Positions 33,322-43,644 are shown, numbered from the stretch's first letter. The stretch: 64,000 nt of DNA from Nannocystis bainbridge (GCF_028368995.1 NZ_JAQNDL010000002.1:1-64000); one strand, 5' to 3'. The notes: generated by a model not told the origin, from the letters alone. Made by a program: numbers and translations.

Positions 33322-34917
33322 TCAGGCCGCGCGGCGGCGGCGGCGGGCCAGGGCGCCGAGCACCAGCAGGCCGAACGCCAGCGGCGGGGTGCCGGCGTCC
33401 GAGCGGCAGCCGCAGCCGCCGGCTTCACCGACGTCCGTGCCGGCGGTGCCGCTGGCGCTGCCGGCCGTGACGCCGGCGTTGCCCGTCGATGCGTCGCCGG
33501 TCGACGCGTCGGTGCTCGCCTCGGAGTCGTTGCCGGTCACGTCACCGCTGCCGCCGGTGGTCGGCGGATCGCCGGTCGGATCGTCGCCGGTGGTGGCGTC
33601 GACCTGGCACTCGGGATCGAGGCTGTCGGGCACGCACTGGCGATCGTCGAGCTGATAGACCTCGGGGCCGGCGCCCTTGACCAGGATCGGCTTGTCCCGC
33701 AGCGGCGTGCCGACCGGGATCGCATAGACCTCGGCGGCCGGGAGCGTGACGACGGTGCCGAGGTCGAGGTCCCAGTTGTCGGCGATCTCGGGGCTCGGGA
33801 TGTGGCGCCGCACGGGGCCGTCCTTGAGCCACACCTCGGGCGAATCATCGTCGGCCCGCATCATCTGCGGCGCCGGCTCGATGGCGATCCACTCGGGGAT
33901 CGCCAGCAACGTCGGATCGTCGACGGTGACCAGATCCCAGAACATGTCGAACTTCCACGCGGTGACGACCGCCGGATCGGCGATGTGGCGGCGCACGCCC
34001 GTCAACGCCGGCGGGGCGCAGGTGAACGACAGCGGGCTCTGGGACAGCTGCGGGTTCTTCTGGCCCTCGATGTCGATGCCGTAGACGTGGACCGGATGGG
34101 TGGCGTTGTCGCGCAGGCTGTTGGGGACGTCGACCTTGTAGCCGTGCGCGCACGAGCCGAGGACCATGCAAAGGTCCTCGCGGTGAATGTTGGCAGAGGT
34201 CGACACGCCGATGCCGGCCGGATCGCCGGCGGGGGCGTTGAAGTAGACGTGGACGTCGATCGACGCGTCGGGCGCGTCGGGGTCCTGGGCCCAGCCGTAG
34301 ACCGTCTCGCAATCGACGGTGTCGAGGTAGCCCTGCGGGGGGATGCTGATGTCGCACACGCCGCCGCCGGGGCCGCCGCCCCACCACTCCCAGTGCCACG
34401 GCTCGCCAGGCACGGTCTCGGTGAAACCGAACGCGCCGCCGTTGGCGTTGAGCCAGTTATAGACGCCGGGGGTGGCGGTGTTGATGTCGAGCGCGTGGCC
34501 GCTCTGGTGATTCGACCAGCCGGGCTTGGCCGCCAGGTTGCAGCTGTTGCAGCTGCAGTTGATGTAGCAGTTGTAGAGGTACTCCTGCTCCGACATGGTG
34601 CGGAAGCCGCTGTTGATGTGCATGTCGACGCCGGCCGCGGCCGCGGCCTCGCGCATGACCCAGTAGGCGTTGGCGGTGTCCTTCTCGACCGGGCGCCCGT
34701 CGATGTGCACGACGGTGATCTCGAACGGGTTGCCGCTCGAGTAGCCGGTGTCCGTGCTCTGACTGCAATCGACCGGCGCCGGGTGCTCGCCGACGTCGGG
34801 CGGGATCGTCAATTCACAGACGTCCGCGTATTCGTGCGGGCCGTCGGCGCGAGCGGTGGACGGGGCCACGCAAAGGGCGGCGAGTACGGCGAGTCGGAGC
34901 GAGGTCGCGGTCGGCAT
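33322..34917 (-). CDS. M15 (VanY-like D-Ala-D-Ala carboxypeptidase) domain protein with MYXO-CTERM
   Basis: INSGFRT, AKPGWSNHQSGHALD (SxHxxGxAxD), EPWHW; C-terminal GCGCR..LAFGLLVLGALARRRRR. Confidence 0.9.
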   Translation of the reverse strand: MPTATSLRLAVLAALCVAPSTARADGPHEYADVCELTIPPDVGEHPAPVDCSQSTDTGYSSGNPFEITVVHIDGRPVEKDTANAYWVMREAAAAAGVDMHINSGFRTMSEQEYLYNCYINCSCNSCNLAAKPGWSNHQSGHALDINTATPGVYNWLNANGGAFGFTETVPGEPWHWEWWGGGPGGGVCDISIPPQGYLDTVDCETVYGWAQDPDAPDASIDVHVYFNAPAGDPAGIGVSTSANIHREDLCMVLGSCAHGYKVDVPNSLRDNATHPVHVYGIDIEGQKNPQLSQSPLSFTCAPPALTGVRRHIADPAVVTAWKFDMFWDLVTVDDPTLLAIPEWIAIEPAPQMMRADDDSPEVWLKDGPVRRHIPSPEIADNWDLDLGTVVTLPAAEVYAIPVGTPLRDKPILVKGAGPEVYQLDDRQCVPDSLDPECQVDATTGDDPTGDPPTTGGSGDVTGNDSEASTDASTGDASTGNAGVTAGSASGTAGTDVGEAGGCGCRSDAGTPPLAFGLLVLGALARRRRRAA

Positions 34918-35257
34918 GGAGGCGCACCGTATCACGGGGCGCGCGGGGACGAGTGGGGACCGCCGACGCGTCGGCAGATGAAGGTCGTCTGGGGCCTGTG
35001 GGCCGCGGGTGGTGCACGACGGCGAGTTCACCCATTGCCCCGAACATGGACCGGGCGCGGGAGCGCGGCGCGAGGCGCAGGCACTGCCGACAGCGCGGAT
35101 GGCTGGCCGCGAAGCGCTCGCCTGTCGGGGCCGGACCTCGCGTGAGCGAGGGCTTCGAAGTCGGTGCTTCGGCGCGCGGTTCCCGTTCGCGCGGCGGGAG
35201 CAGTCGGCCCGGCTCGCGGCGCGGGCGTGGCACCGCGAGCCCGAGACCACCGGGGCC

Positions 35258-35626
35258 ATGCTCAGCAACCTGCGGGTCGACGACGCCCGCTGGAACAGCG
35301 TGATCGTGCCGCGGCAGGCCCGACTGACCCGCCACGATCCGTTCGTGCACGTGCTGCGCGTCGATCCGCCGATCCCGCGCGGCAGGCCGCAGGAGCAGGT
35401 GCTGGGCCCGGGGGTGTTCGCGCCGGAGGAGTTCCGCCGGCGCTTCGAGGCGGCGCGGCGGCAAAGCCGACGGTCGGCGCTCGAGCTGCGGTATCAGGGG
35501 CAGTCGCTGAAGAGCCGCGACCTGGCGGTCGACCTCGGCCTCGTGGGCTTCGCGGCCTCGCTGCCGGCGCGGCCGCTGGAGCAACCGGTCCTGGCGCTGC
35601 GCGGCCCGCAGCACTGTGTGCATTGA
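35258..35626 (+). pseudogene. Possible C-terminal remnant of an HTTM-domain-like membrane protein
   Basis: MLSNLRVDDARWNSVIVP...PQHCVH resembles the tail of such proteins (recalled similarity only); no membrane part upstream. Confidence 0.3.
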
Positions 35627-35671
35627 GCCGGCGACGCGCCGGTCACGGCGGTCGAGTTCGAGGGCGGAAGA

Positions 35672-36199
35672 TCAATCGCCGAGCAGCTCGTCGAGCGCCT
35701 GCCACATCGCGGCGAAGCGGTCGCTGTAGAGCGCCGCGCGGAAGTCGGGCTGCTCGCGGCGATAGACGTCGCGCATGCTCGAGCGCGTGACCGTCGAGTA
35801 ACCGGCGTTGGCGAGGCGGTCGCAGATCTTGACGAAGGTGGCGACGTGGCTGGCGCGGATGCCCGCGTAGTAGCGGGCGTCGGCTCGCTCCTTGCGCGTG
35901 CGGCCCTTCTCATTGGTCAGGGCGTACGCGACCTCGGCGACGGCCTCGTTCGTGGCCTGCTTGACGTCGTTGTAAGTCTGGCGGGCGTCCTCGATGGCGT
36001 CGTGCACCCAGGCGCCGGCGAGGGCGATCGGCCGCTCGTCCTCGGCGAGCAAATGGACGAACTGGAGCGCGTGCTCGACGACCATGCTCAAGTGGGTCGC
36101 GTAGGGCCGGCCGTCGTAGAGGTGATTCGTGTCCGCGTGCGCGCGCGTGGCGTAGTGCTGGGCCGCCTGCACCAGGGGGTGGAGTAGGAGCTCCTTCAT
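35672..36199 (-). CDS. Small HD-domain phosphohydrolase (Mesh1/small alarmone hydrolase-like)
   Basis: RBS GGAGG; ATRAH..Y..PYATHL, AGAWVHDAIED, ALT, VKICDRLAN. Confidence 0.85.
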   Translation of the reverse strand: MKELLLHPLVQAAQHYATRAHADTNHLYDGRPYATHLSMVVEHALQFVHLLAEDERPIALAGAWVHDAIEDARQTYNDVKQATNEAVAEVAYALTNEKGRTRKERADARYYAGIRASHVATFVKICDRLANAGYSTVTRSSMRDVYRREQPDFRAALYSDRFAAMWQALDELLGD

Positions 36200-36261
36200 G
36201 TCCCTCCTCCATACACCCGCGAGGCCGGTCGCTTCAAAGCGCGAGGGAGCTCGCCGCCGCG

Positions 36262-36297
36262 GGTGTCTCTCGGGACAGCTCACGCCTCGTGGACAGT
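36262..36297. repeat. 14-bp palindrome copy between divergent genes
   Basis: TGTCTCTCGGGACA at 36264 (reverse complement of the 21304 copy). Confidence 0.65.
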
Positions 36298-36424
36298 CTG
36301 CAGCGGCTGGGGCGCACCGGCGCGCGGTCGTTCGTCCGCCGGGGTCGAGCGCGGTCGCTGACGCGTCGGCAGATCCGGTTCGCGCGCCCACGAGCGCGTG
36401 CTCCGTGTCATACTGCCGAGCAGC

Positions 36425-38359
36425 ATGCGCGCGATCAGCAGGCTCTCTCTCGTCACTCTATGGGCCGGATCGATGGGGGCCTGTGCCGGGGGAGAGGGCT
36501 CGGAGAGCCGCGGAGGGACTGCCACCGAGACGACCGTCGGCGCGATGACGGCCACCGAGGCGACCGCCGGCACGGCCACCGACGCCCCGACCGGCACCGA
36601 CTCTGCCAGCGGCGCCAGCGAGGGCAGCGGGACCGACTCGGCGACGGTGGGCACGACCGCGACGCCGCCGACGACCACCGATCCGACCACCACCGATGGC
36701 GTCACGACCGACGCGGTCACCTCCACCGACACCGCCTCGACCACCGGTGAGCCGTGCGAACCGGTGCAGTGCTCGCCCGACCTCAAGGGGCTCGAGTGCG
36801 ACGGGCAGATCGTGTCGACCTGCGAGGACGACTCGTACTGCGTCGACGGCGTGTGCACGCCGCTGGCGCCGTGCGAGGCGGCCGCGCTGCTGCAGGGCAG
36901 CGAGGGCTGCGAGTTCTGGGCCGTGAAGACGCAGACCACCAAATCCGGCGGGTGCTTCGCGGCGTTCGTCGCCAACACCTGGGACGAGCCGGTCCACATC
37001 GAGGTCGAGTACGACGGCCAGAGCCTCGACGTCGCCGGCTTCACGCGGATCCCCCAGGGCCAGGGCGAGGGCATCAGCTATGCCCCGTACGATCCGGGGG
37101 CCGGGCTGCCGGTCGGGCAGGTCGCGCTGGTGTTCCTGTCCCGAGGGACAGGTGACAACCCCGACTGCCCGGCCCCCGCGGGCGTGGCGGCCGAGACCGA
37201 GGTGGTCGGGACCGGGCGCGGCAAGGGGTTCCGCATCACCACCGATCGGCCGGTCGCCGCCTATCAGATGCTGCCGTACGGCGGCGGCTCGGTGGCGATC
37301 ACCTCGGCGACGTTGATGCTGCCGACCAGCGTGTGGGACACCAACTACGTGGTCGTCAACGCCTACGCGCAGAGCGTCGCGGTGCCCGCGGCGCGGCCGC
37401 TGTGGGCCATCGTCGCTGGCGAGGACGGCACCGAGGTGACGCTCGATCCGAAGGTCGCCGTCGTCGGCGGCCCCGACGTGGCCGCCGGCGCGGCCGGGGT
37501 GCCGATTCAGTACACCCTCGATCGCGGCGAGACGATCCAGTTCGCGCAGTCGGCCGAGCTGACCGGCTCGCCGCTGGTCGCCAACAAGCCGGTCGGCGTG
37601 TTCGGCGGGGCCAGCTGCTTCAACGTGCCGGTGGGGGCCTCGTACTGCGACGGCGCGCACCAGCAGATCCCGCCGATCAAGGCGCTGGGCAGCGCCTACG
37701 TGGCGGTGCGTTACAAGAACCGGCTGGCGATGGGCGTCGAGGAGACGCCGCCGTGGCGGCTGGTCGGCACGGTCGACGGGACCATGTTGACGTGGGAGCC
37801 GGGCAAGCCGGCCGGCGCGCCCGACACCTTGTCTTTGGGACAGGTCGCCGAATTCGCCGCGGCGGGGCCGTTCACGGTCCGCAGCCAGGACAGCGAGCAC
37901 CCGTTCTATTTCGCCGGCTACATGACCGGCGGGCAGCTCCACGACAACCGCGGCGACCCCGAATGGGTCAACGTGATCCCGTCGGAGCAGTACCTCGATC
38001 GCTACGTGTTCTTCACCGACCCGACCTACTCCGAGACCAGCCTGGTGGTCGTGCGGCGCAAGCAGGACGGCGCCTACGCCGACGTCACGCTCGGCTGCGC
38101 CGGCGTGCTGGACGGCTGGGCGGCGGTCGACGACGAGCACGAGTACACCCGCGTCGACCTGGTGACCGGCAACTTCGAGGACGTCGGCGGGTGCTCGAAC
38201 GGCCGCCACGAGATCTCGAGCGCCAACCCGATCGGCGTGACGGTGTGGGGCTGGGGCTCGCCGGAGTCGGTCGATTTCTACACGCTGAACGTGTCGTACG
38301 CGTACCCGGCAGGGGCGGCGATCCGGCCGATCAACGACGTGACGATCATGCCGCAGTGA
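36425..38359 (+). CDS. IgGFc-binding-protein-N-domain lipoprotein
   Basis: Thr-rich linker; GCEFWAV, ITTDRPVAAYQ, ATLMLPTSVWDTNY, ELTGS..ANKPVGVFGG, GDP....IPSEQYL, SYAYPAG. Confidence 0.85.
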   Translation: MRAISRLSLVTLWAGSMGACAGGEGSESRGGTATETTVGAMTATEATAGTATDAPTGTDSASGASEGSGTDSATVGTTATPPTTTDPTTTDGVTTDAVTSTDTASTTGEPCEPVQCSPDLKGLECDGQIVSTCEDDSYCVDGVCTPLAPCEAAALLQGSEGCEFWAVKTQTTKSGGCFAAFVANTWDEPVHIEVEYDGQSLDVAGFTRIPQGQGEGISYAPYDPGAGLPVGQVALVFLSRGTGDNPDCPAPAGVAAETEVVGTGRGKGFRITTDRPVAAYQMLPYGGGSVAITSATLMLPTSVWDTNYVVVNAYAQSVAVPAARPLWAIVAGEDGTEVTLDPKVAVVGGPDVAAGAAGVPIQYTLDRGETIQFAQSAELTGSPLVANKPVGVFGGASCFNVPVGASYCDGAHQQIPPIKALGSAYVAVRYKNRLAMGVEETPPWRLVGTVDGTMLTWEPGKPAGAPDTLSLGQVAEFAAAGPFTVRSQDSEHPFYFAGYMTGGQLHDNRGDPEWVNVIPSEQYLDRYVFFTDPTYSETSLVVVRRKQDGAYADVTLGCAGVLDGWAAVDDEHEYTRVDLVTGNFEDVGGCSNGRHEISSANPIGVTVWGWGSPESVDFYTLNVSYAYPAGAAIRPINDVTIMPQ

Positions 38360-38436
38360 GCCGCGGGCTCGCGACCTGATGCGCGCGGCCGCGACGAGCG
38401 AGCCGCGCGCGCCGGTTGTCGCGGCGGCGCGGAGAA

Positions 38437-38817
38437 TCAGTTGAGGAGGCGGCCCGGCGGGCGCGGCGGTCGAGGTCGGCCGCGCGAGCGATCGAGCCGG
38501 CCGCGGTCGTAGAGGGCCATGCGGTAGAGGTGCCCGCGCTCGCAGAAGAAGGTGATCGTGCAATAGCCGTCGCCGTGGATCGAGGTCGGCAGATCGATCC
38601 ACGACACGTGAATCGGCTGCGCGTCGAGCTCGGCCAGGCGGTCGCGCACCAGCGGCAGGCCCTCTGCCAGCGCGTCGAGGTCGTGCCAGACGCCGGGTTC
38701 GGCGGCGAACAGGCGGGTCAGGAGCGGCTCGTGGCGCCGCTCGCTGACCAGATCGGCCGCCAGGTCTTCGAGCAGCAGCTCGGCGTCGACGGGTTCGTCG
38801 GGGTCGTGGTCCGTCAA
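38437..38817 (-). CDS. Hypothetical protein
   Basis: Coding-like codon bias (ELLLEDLAADL...GYCTITFFCE); TTG start uncertain. Confidence 0.5.
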   Translation of the reverse strand: MTDHDPDEPVDAELLLEDLAADLVSERRHEPLLTRLFAAEPGVWHDLDALAEGLPLVRDRLAELDAQPIHVSWIDLPTSIHGDGYCTITFFCERGHLYRMALYDRGRLDRSRGRPRPPRPPGRLLN

Positions 38818-39513
38818 TGGAAGCTCAGGGGGCGACCGGCGCGGCCGGTCGCGAGGTCGGGGAGCGGGGCAACGTTCGGGGTGCTGACAATCGTGCGGAG
38901 CTCGCATTGGTGGCGGACGAACTCTCGCAGGAGGGGCCCGGGACGCCGGTCTTCGAGGTTGCCATCGGCCGCCGCCGGGGGCTCGTGCGCGGCCCGGCAG
39001 CCGCGTCCTTGCACCTGCATGCGTCGGCGAAACAGCCGTCGAGACCGCCGAGATCGCACCGCTCGCGGCGGCTCGCACCGGAACCGTTTTTCGTCCTATC
39101 GGAGGTCGAAGCGGGCGGCGTCGGGCCGTGATCGTCGACCGTCGCCGTCGCCGACGTGGGGTCCGTGGTCGTGGTCGCGGTCCGGCCCGATCGGCAGGGG
39201 GCCTTCGCGGGTGCCATCCGATCGTCGCTGCAAGCCGACGCGGGCGGGGGCCCGCGCCGGGGCGTGGCGGTCAAACGGCGTGCTCCGGTCATTGCGTTCG
39301 AGATCTTCGGCAGGACCGGGGCCCGCTTCAAGGCATGCGCGTCGGCGCTCGACCTGTCTCGGGCGAAAGCCGCGGCGGGCGAATGGGTGTGCACCGTTTC
39401 GCACACCGTGCGGAGCATGACGGCAGTGGCAGTCCTGTGCCGCGATTGGGGGGACGCTTTTGTTCGCAGAGGTCCCTGGTTGCCGAGGGGAGCTCGAGGG
39501 TATGTTCCCGCGC

Positions 39514-41619
39514 ATGCGAGTAAGCGATTGTACGAAGCGTCACATCCTTGGTTATTTGCTGGGCGCGGCGCCGGGCCTGGTGCTGCTGAGCGCGTGTCCG
39601 AACACGCCGGCCACCACCACGGATTCCGGCACCGAGACGGAGACCTCCTCGGGCACGGATACGACCGGCTCGATGACGACCACGCCGGACCCGACCGTGC
39701 CGACGACCGGCCCGACGACGACCGAGGGCGGGACCGAGACGACGACCGGGCCGGCCACCGACACTGACACCGACACCGACTCCGACACCGACACCGGCGG
39801 GCCGGGGGTGTGCGGCGACGGCAACGTCGACCCGATGGAGCAGTGTGACAACGGGGCCAACAACGACGACAACGCCGCCTGCACCTCGGAGTGCAAGGAG
39901 AACGTGTGCGGCGACGGCAAGGTCGGCCCCGGCGAGGGCTGCGACGAGGGCCCCGACAACGGCGGCGAGACCTGCAAAGAGAATTGCAGCGTCCCGAGCT
40001 GCGGCGACGGCAACGTCGACCTCAACGAGGAGTGCGACGACGCCAACGACGAGAACGCCGACGAGTGCACCAATACGTGCACCAGCGCGACCTGCGGCGA
40101 CGGCTTCCAGCAGGAGAGCAACACCGAGGAGTGTGACGACGGCGTGGCCAACGGCGCCAACGCGACCTGCACGCCCGAGTGCAAGGCCAACGTCTGCGGC
40201 GACGGCTTCGCGTTCATCGAGGGCGGCGAGCAGTGCGACGCCGGCAAGGACAACGGCGCCAACCAGACCTGCCTCGAGGGCTGCATCCTCAACGTCTGCG
40301 GCGACTCCGACGTCGGCCCGGGCGAGACCTGCGACGACGGCAACACCGACGAGGGCGACGGCTGCGGCCCGAGCTGCACCCTCGAGGGCTGCGGCAACGA
40401 GATCGTCGACGTGATGGAAGGCTGCGACGACGGCGCCAACGGCGACCAGGACGACGGCTGCACCGACCTGTGCCAGCTGCCCAAGTGCGGCGACGAGTTC
40501 GTGCAGGCCAGCCTGATGGAGGAGTGCGACACCGGGGCCGCCAACAGCAACTCCGGCGACTGCACCCTGCAGTGCAAGAACGCCAAGTGCGGCGACGGCA
40601 ACGTCCTCGCCAACGTCGAGCAGTGCGACGACGGGGTCGCCAACGGCGACGACAAGGCGTGCCTCTCGACCTGCGTGTCCGCCAAGTGCGGCGACGGCAA
40701 GGTCCAGGCCGGGGTCGAGCAGTGCGACGACGCCAACATGAGCAACGAGGACGGCTGCACCAACGTGTGCAAGCTGGCGTCCTGCGGCGACGGCTTCATG
40801 CAGGCCGGCGAGCAGTGCGACGACGGCAACATGGACGCGACCGACGCCTGCACCAACGCCTGCAAGCCGGCCGCCTGCGGCGACGGCTTCGTCCAGGCCG
40901 GCGTCGAGGAGTGCGACGACGGCAACCTGACGCTGACCGACGGCTGCGTGGCGATGTGCAAGGCCAACAAGTGCGGCGACGGCCACATCAACATCGGCGT
41001 CGAGCAGTGCGAGGACGGCAACGTCAGCGCCGGCGACGGCTGCAGCCCGACCTGTCAGTTCGAGCAGCCCAACGAGACCGTCAAGAAGAACGCGCTCGGC
41101 CTGGCGATCCCCGACAACGGCTACAACGGCACCATCGCCTCGATGGCCTGCACCACGATGAACGTCAGCGGCGGCGGCAACGGCACGGTCAAGGACGTGA
41201 CGCTGCGGATCGGGATCACCCACCCGTTCATCGGCGACCTGTCGATCAAGGTCGTCAATCCGGCCAACCAGGTCGTGACGGTCATGCTCAGCCCGGGCAT
41301 CATCGAGGCCTTCGACGACGGTGGCTCCTACATCGGCGACGGGACGGACCTGGACGCGGCGTACCCGGTGTTCTTCCGCGACACCGGGACCACCGACGCC
41401 GAGGCGATGGGCGGCACCATCGCCAGCGACAAGGTCGTGTGCAAGGACGACTTCCTCTGCGACTTCAAGCCGAACCCCGGCAAGGGCCCCGGCCCGAACC
41501 TGGCGGCGTTCGCCGGCAGCATGGGCGCCGGCAACTGGCAGGTTTGCGTCGGCGACAACTACGTCAGCGACGCCGGCTCGTTCCAGTCGGCCGAGCTGAC
41601 GGTCGTTTTCAACCAGTGA
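39514..41619 (+). CDS. Lipoprotein with myxobacterial Cys-rich (DUF4215-type) repeats and C-terminal proprotein-convertase P-like domain
   Basis: Lipobox LLSAC; about 12 CGDG....E.CDDG repeats; AIPDN..ITHPFIGDL..LAAFAG..GNW. Confidence 0.9.
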   Translation: MRVSDCTKRHILGYLLGAAPGLVLLSACPNTPATTTDSGTETETSSGTDTTGSMTTTPDPTVPTTGPTTTEGGTETTTGPATDTDTDTDSDTDTGGPGVCGDGNVDPMEQCDNGANNDDNAACTSECKENVCGDGKVGPGEGCDEGPDNGGETCKENCSVPSCGDGNVDLNEECDDANDENADECTNTCTSATCGDGFQQESNTEECDDGVANGANATCTPECKANVCGDGFAFIEGGEQCDAGKDNGANQTCLEGCILNVCGDSDVGPGETCDDGNTDEGDGCGPSCTLEGCGNEIVDVMEGCDDGANGDQDDGCTDLCQLPKCGDEFVQASLMEECDTGAANSNSGDCTLQCKNAKCGDGNVLANVEQCDDGVANGDDKACLSTCVSAKCGDGKVQAGVEQCDDANMSNEDGCTNVCKLASCGDGFMQAGEQCDDGNMDATDACTNACKPAACGDGFVQAGVEECDDGNLTLTDGCVAMCKANKCGDGHINIGVEQCEDGNVSAGDGCSPTCQFEQPNETVKKNALGLAIPDNGYNGTIASMACTTMNVSGGGNGTVKDVTLRIGITHPFIGDLSIKVVNPANQVVTVMLSPGIIEAFDDGGSYIGDGTDLDAAYPVFFRDTGTTDAEAMGGTIASDKVVCKDDFLCDFKPNPGKGPGPNLAAFAGSMGAGNWQVCVGDNYVSDAGSFQSAELTVVFNQ

Positions 41620-41625
41620 ACCGGG

Positions 41626-41653
41626 CGTCGGGGCGGTGAACGCCGCCCCGGCG
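41626..41653 (+). terminator. GC hairpin after the stop codon
   Basis: CGTCGGGGCGG-TGAACG-CCGCCCCGGCG; no U-tract. Confidence 0.45.
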
Positions 41654-41778
41654 AAACGTGTTCCATGTGATCGGCCGATCGCACGCGCGTACCGGCCTCG
41701 TGAGCGGCGTTCAGGGAGGCGGTCCCAGCGCTGCTCTCGGCTTGCTCGTGCCGGCTGTGCGGGCAGGCAAAACGCGCT

Positions 41779-42339
41779 ATGAATGGTGCCGTGACCCGCG
41801 TAGCGAGCCTGGCCTTCGCCTGTCTGGTCGGTTCGACCGGCTGTTGGATGTCGGTGCCGGTGCTGGAGGCTTCGGCCAGCCCGGAGATGGTGCCCGCCGT
41901 GATCGCGCCGGAGTCCGACGCGGCGGTGGCGGTGATGGAAGTCGATGAGTCGATCGACGACTTCGACGGCGGCGACCCCTCGGCGCTGCCGGAGCCGTCG
42001 CGCCAGCTCGAGGTCGAGGCCCAGCTGGTCGAGGCCCGCAGCGCGGCCGCGTGCGGCAAGAACAACGTCGCGGTGGTGATGCGCTACGCGGTGAAGCGGG
42101 TGCTGGCCGGCAACTACGACGAGCGCGACCTGTACGTGGCCCTGCAGTGTCCGGAGATGGGGCTGTCGCCGTGCCGCGGGGGCAAGGGCGCCCGCGTGCG
42201 CGCGATCCGGGCCGGCGACGTGCACCGCCTGCAGCTGGTCCAGGGGACAGGTAGCGGCATGATCGTCGACAGGTTCACGGGCGGCGCGGGCGGCGAACTG
42301 CCGCGCTACCGGGCCCGCTGCGGCGCGGCCGGGGCGTAG
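41779..42339 (+). CDS. Hypothetical (lipo)protein
   Basis: Signal-like SLAFACLVGSTGC; GC3 bias. Start may be GTG 41791. Confidence 0.6.
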   Translation: MNGAVTRVASLAFACLVGSTGCWMSVPVLEASASPEMVPAVIAPESDAAVAVMEVDESIDDFDGGDPSALPEPSRQLEVEAQLVEARSAAACGKNNVAVVMRYAVKRVLAGNYDERDLYVALQCPEMGLSPCRGGKGARVRAIRAGDVHRLQLVQGTGSGMIVDRFTGGAGGELPRYRARCGAAGA

Positions 42340-42363
42340 ACCGGGCGCGCGGAGGCGCGAGCG

Positions 42364-42515
42364 GGCGTGCTCGATCGGGCATGTGCTCGAGAGCATGTCC
42401 GATCGGGCATGTTCCATGGAGCATGCCTCGAGGAACATGATCGAAGAGACAGATGATGTCGCGGGTTGATGGGCGCCACGTCGCCATGGCGCGCGGGACA
42501 TGTCCCATGGGCCTG
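42364..42515. repeat. Phased 14-bp palindrome array (7+3 centres)
   Basis: Centres at 42366, 42380, 42394, 42408, 42422, 42436, 42450; then 42485, 42499, 42513. Confidence 0.9.
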
Positions 42516-42576
42516 GCCTGACGCGCGGGCGCGCGGCGCTTGACGCTGGCGCGCGGCCGGCGATAGCTTCCCGGCC

Positions 42577-43644
42577 ATGCGCACCCCCTCGCCCGTGTGG
42601 CTCGTCGCGCTCGCGCTGGCCTGTCACGAGGACTCCGGCGCCAGCGCGTCCGCGGCTGCGGGCACCGCCCCGACGACGCTGCCCGATCTGACGCTGCCGG
42701 GGACCGCGAGCGAGACGGGCAGCGAGACGGAGCCCTCGTCGGGGACCGCGGACGGATCCAGCACGGCGCCGACGAGCAGCGGCGGCCCGAAGTTCGACCT
42801 CGGCGAGGACGACTCGACCGGGCCCGACGGGGCGCTGTGCCCGTGCGCGCCGAAGCTCGACCTGATCTACGTGCTGTCCGACGACCGCGAGCTGTGGACG
42901 TACGATCCGCTGGCCAACAGCTTCGCCCTGGTCGGGCCGCTCGGCTGCCCCACGACCGACGGCACGTTCTCGATGGGCGTGGGCCGCGACGGGTTCGCGT
43001 GGATCCAGACGACGATCCCGCAGGGCGTCAGCAATTACGTCGGCGACCTGTTCCGCCTCGACGTGACGAACCCGCTGAATTGCGTCGACCCGGGCTACGT
43101 GCCCGGGGCAGAGGGTTGGGTCCACTTCGGCATGGCGTTCGTGTCGGCCAGCGCCGGCGACCCGTGCGACCGGCTGTACGGCCAGCACTGGGACGGCCAG
43201 GCGGGGCTGTGGTCGGAGGGGCCCGGCGCCGGCAAGCTGGGGGTGTTCGACGCGGCGGCGCTGCGGATGGAGACGATCGGAGCGACGAACTACAACGGCG
43301 CGGAGCTGACGGGCACCGGCGACGGCCGGCTCTACGCGTTCGGCGGGGTGCCGCACGCGAAGCTGATCCAGTTCGACAAGCAGACGGCGCAGGCGATCGA
43401 GACGCTGCCGTTCAACAGTTTGCCGCTGACGAACGCGTTCGCGTTCGCGTTCTGGGGCGGTGATTTCTACTTCTTCACGCTCGCCGATCCGGACAGTCCG
43501 TCGAGCCTCAGCAAGGTGACGAAGCTCGACTACGACGACAGCGACAACAGCGGCAAGTCGCTGACGACGGTGAATGCCAATGCGCCGATCCGGATCGTCG
43601 GGGCCGGGGTCTCGACCTGCGCGCCGCTCGAGCCGCCAGGCTAG
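42577..43644 (+). CDS. Myxobacterial lipoprotein, probable beta-propeller
   Basis: Lipobox LALAC; linker with PKFDL; ELTGTGDGRLYAF, AFAFWGGDFYFFT, IVGAGVSTCAP. Confidence 0.8.
   Translation: MRTPSPVWLVALALACHEDSGASASAAAGTAPTTLPDLTLPGTASETGSETEPSSGTADGSSTAPTSSGGPKFDLGEDDSTGPDGALCPCAPKLDLIYVLSDDRELWTYDPLANSFALVGPLGCPTTDGTFSMGVGRDGFAWIQTTIPQGVSNYVGDLFRLDVTNPLNCVDPGYVPGAEGWVHFGMAFVSASAGDPCDRLYGQHWDGQAGLWSEGPGAGKLGVFDAAALRMETIGATNYNGAELTGTGDGRLYAFGGVPHAKLIQFDKQTAQAIETLPFNSLPLTNAFAFAFWGGDFYFFTLADPDSPSSLSKVTKLDYDDSDNSGKSLTTVNANAPIRIVGAGVSTCAPLEPPG

Noticed and set aside
39800-41060. Repeated TGCGGCGACGGC DNA motifs
   Set aside because: Explained by the CGDG Cys-rich protein repeats.
39328-43356. 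Very long antisense and alternate-frame ORFs (e.g. 1342 aa here, 22935-26087, 56533-59373, 19-2346)
   Set aside because: Shadow ORFs caused by high GC3. They are Arg/Gly/Ala-rich, motif-free and overlap well-supported genes.
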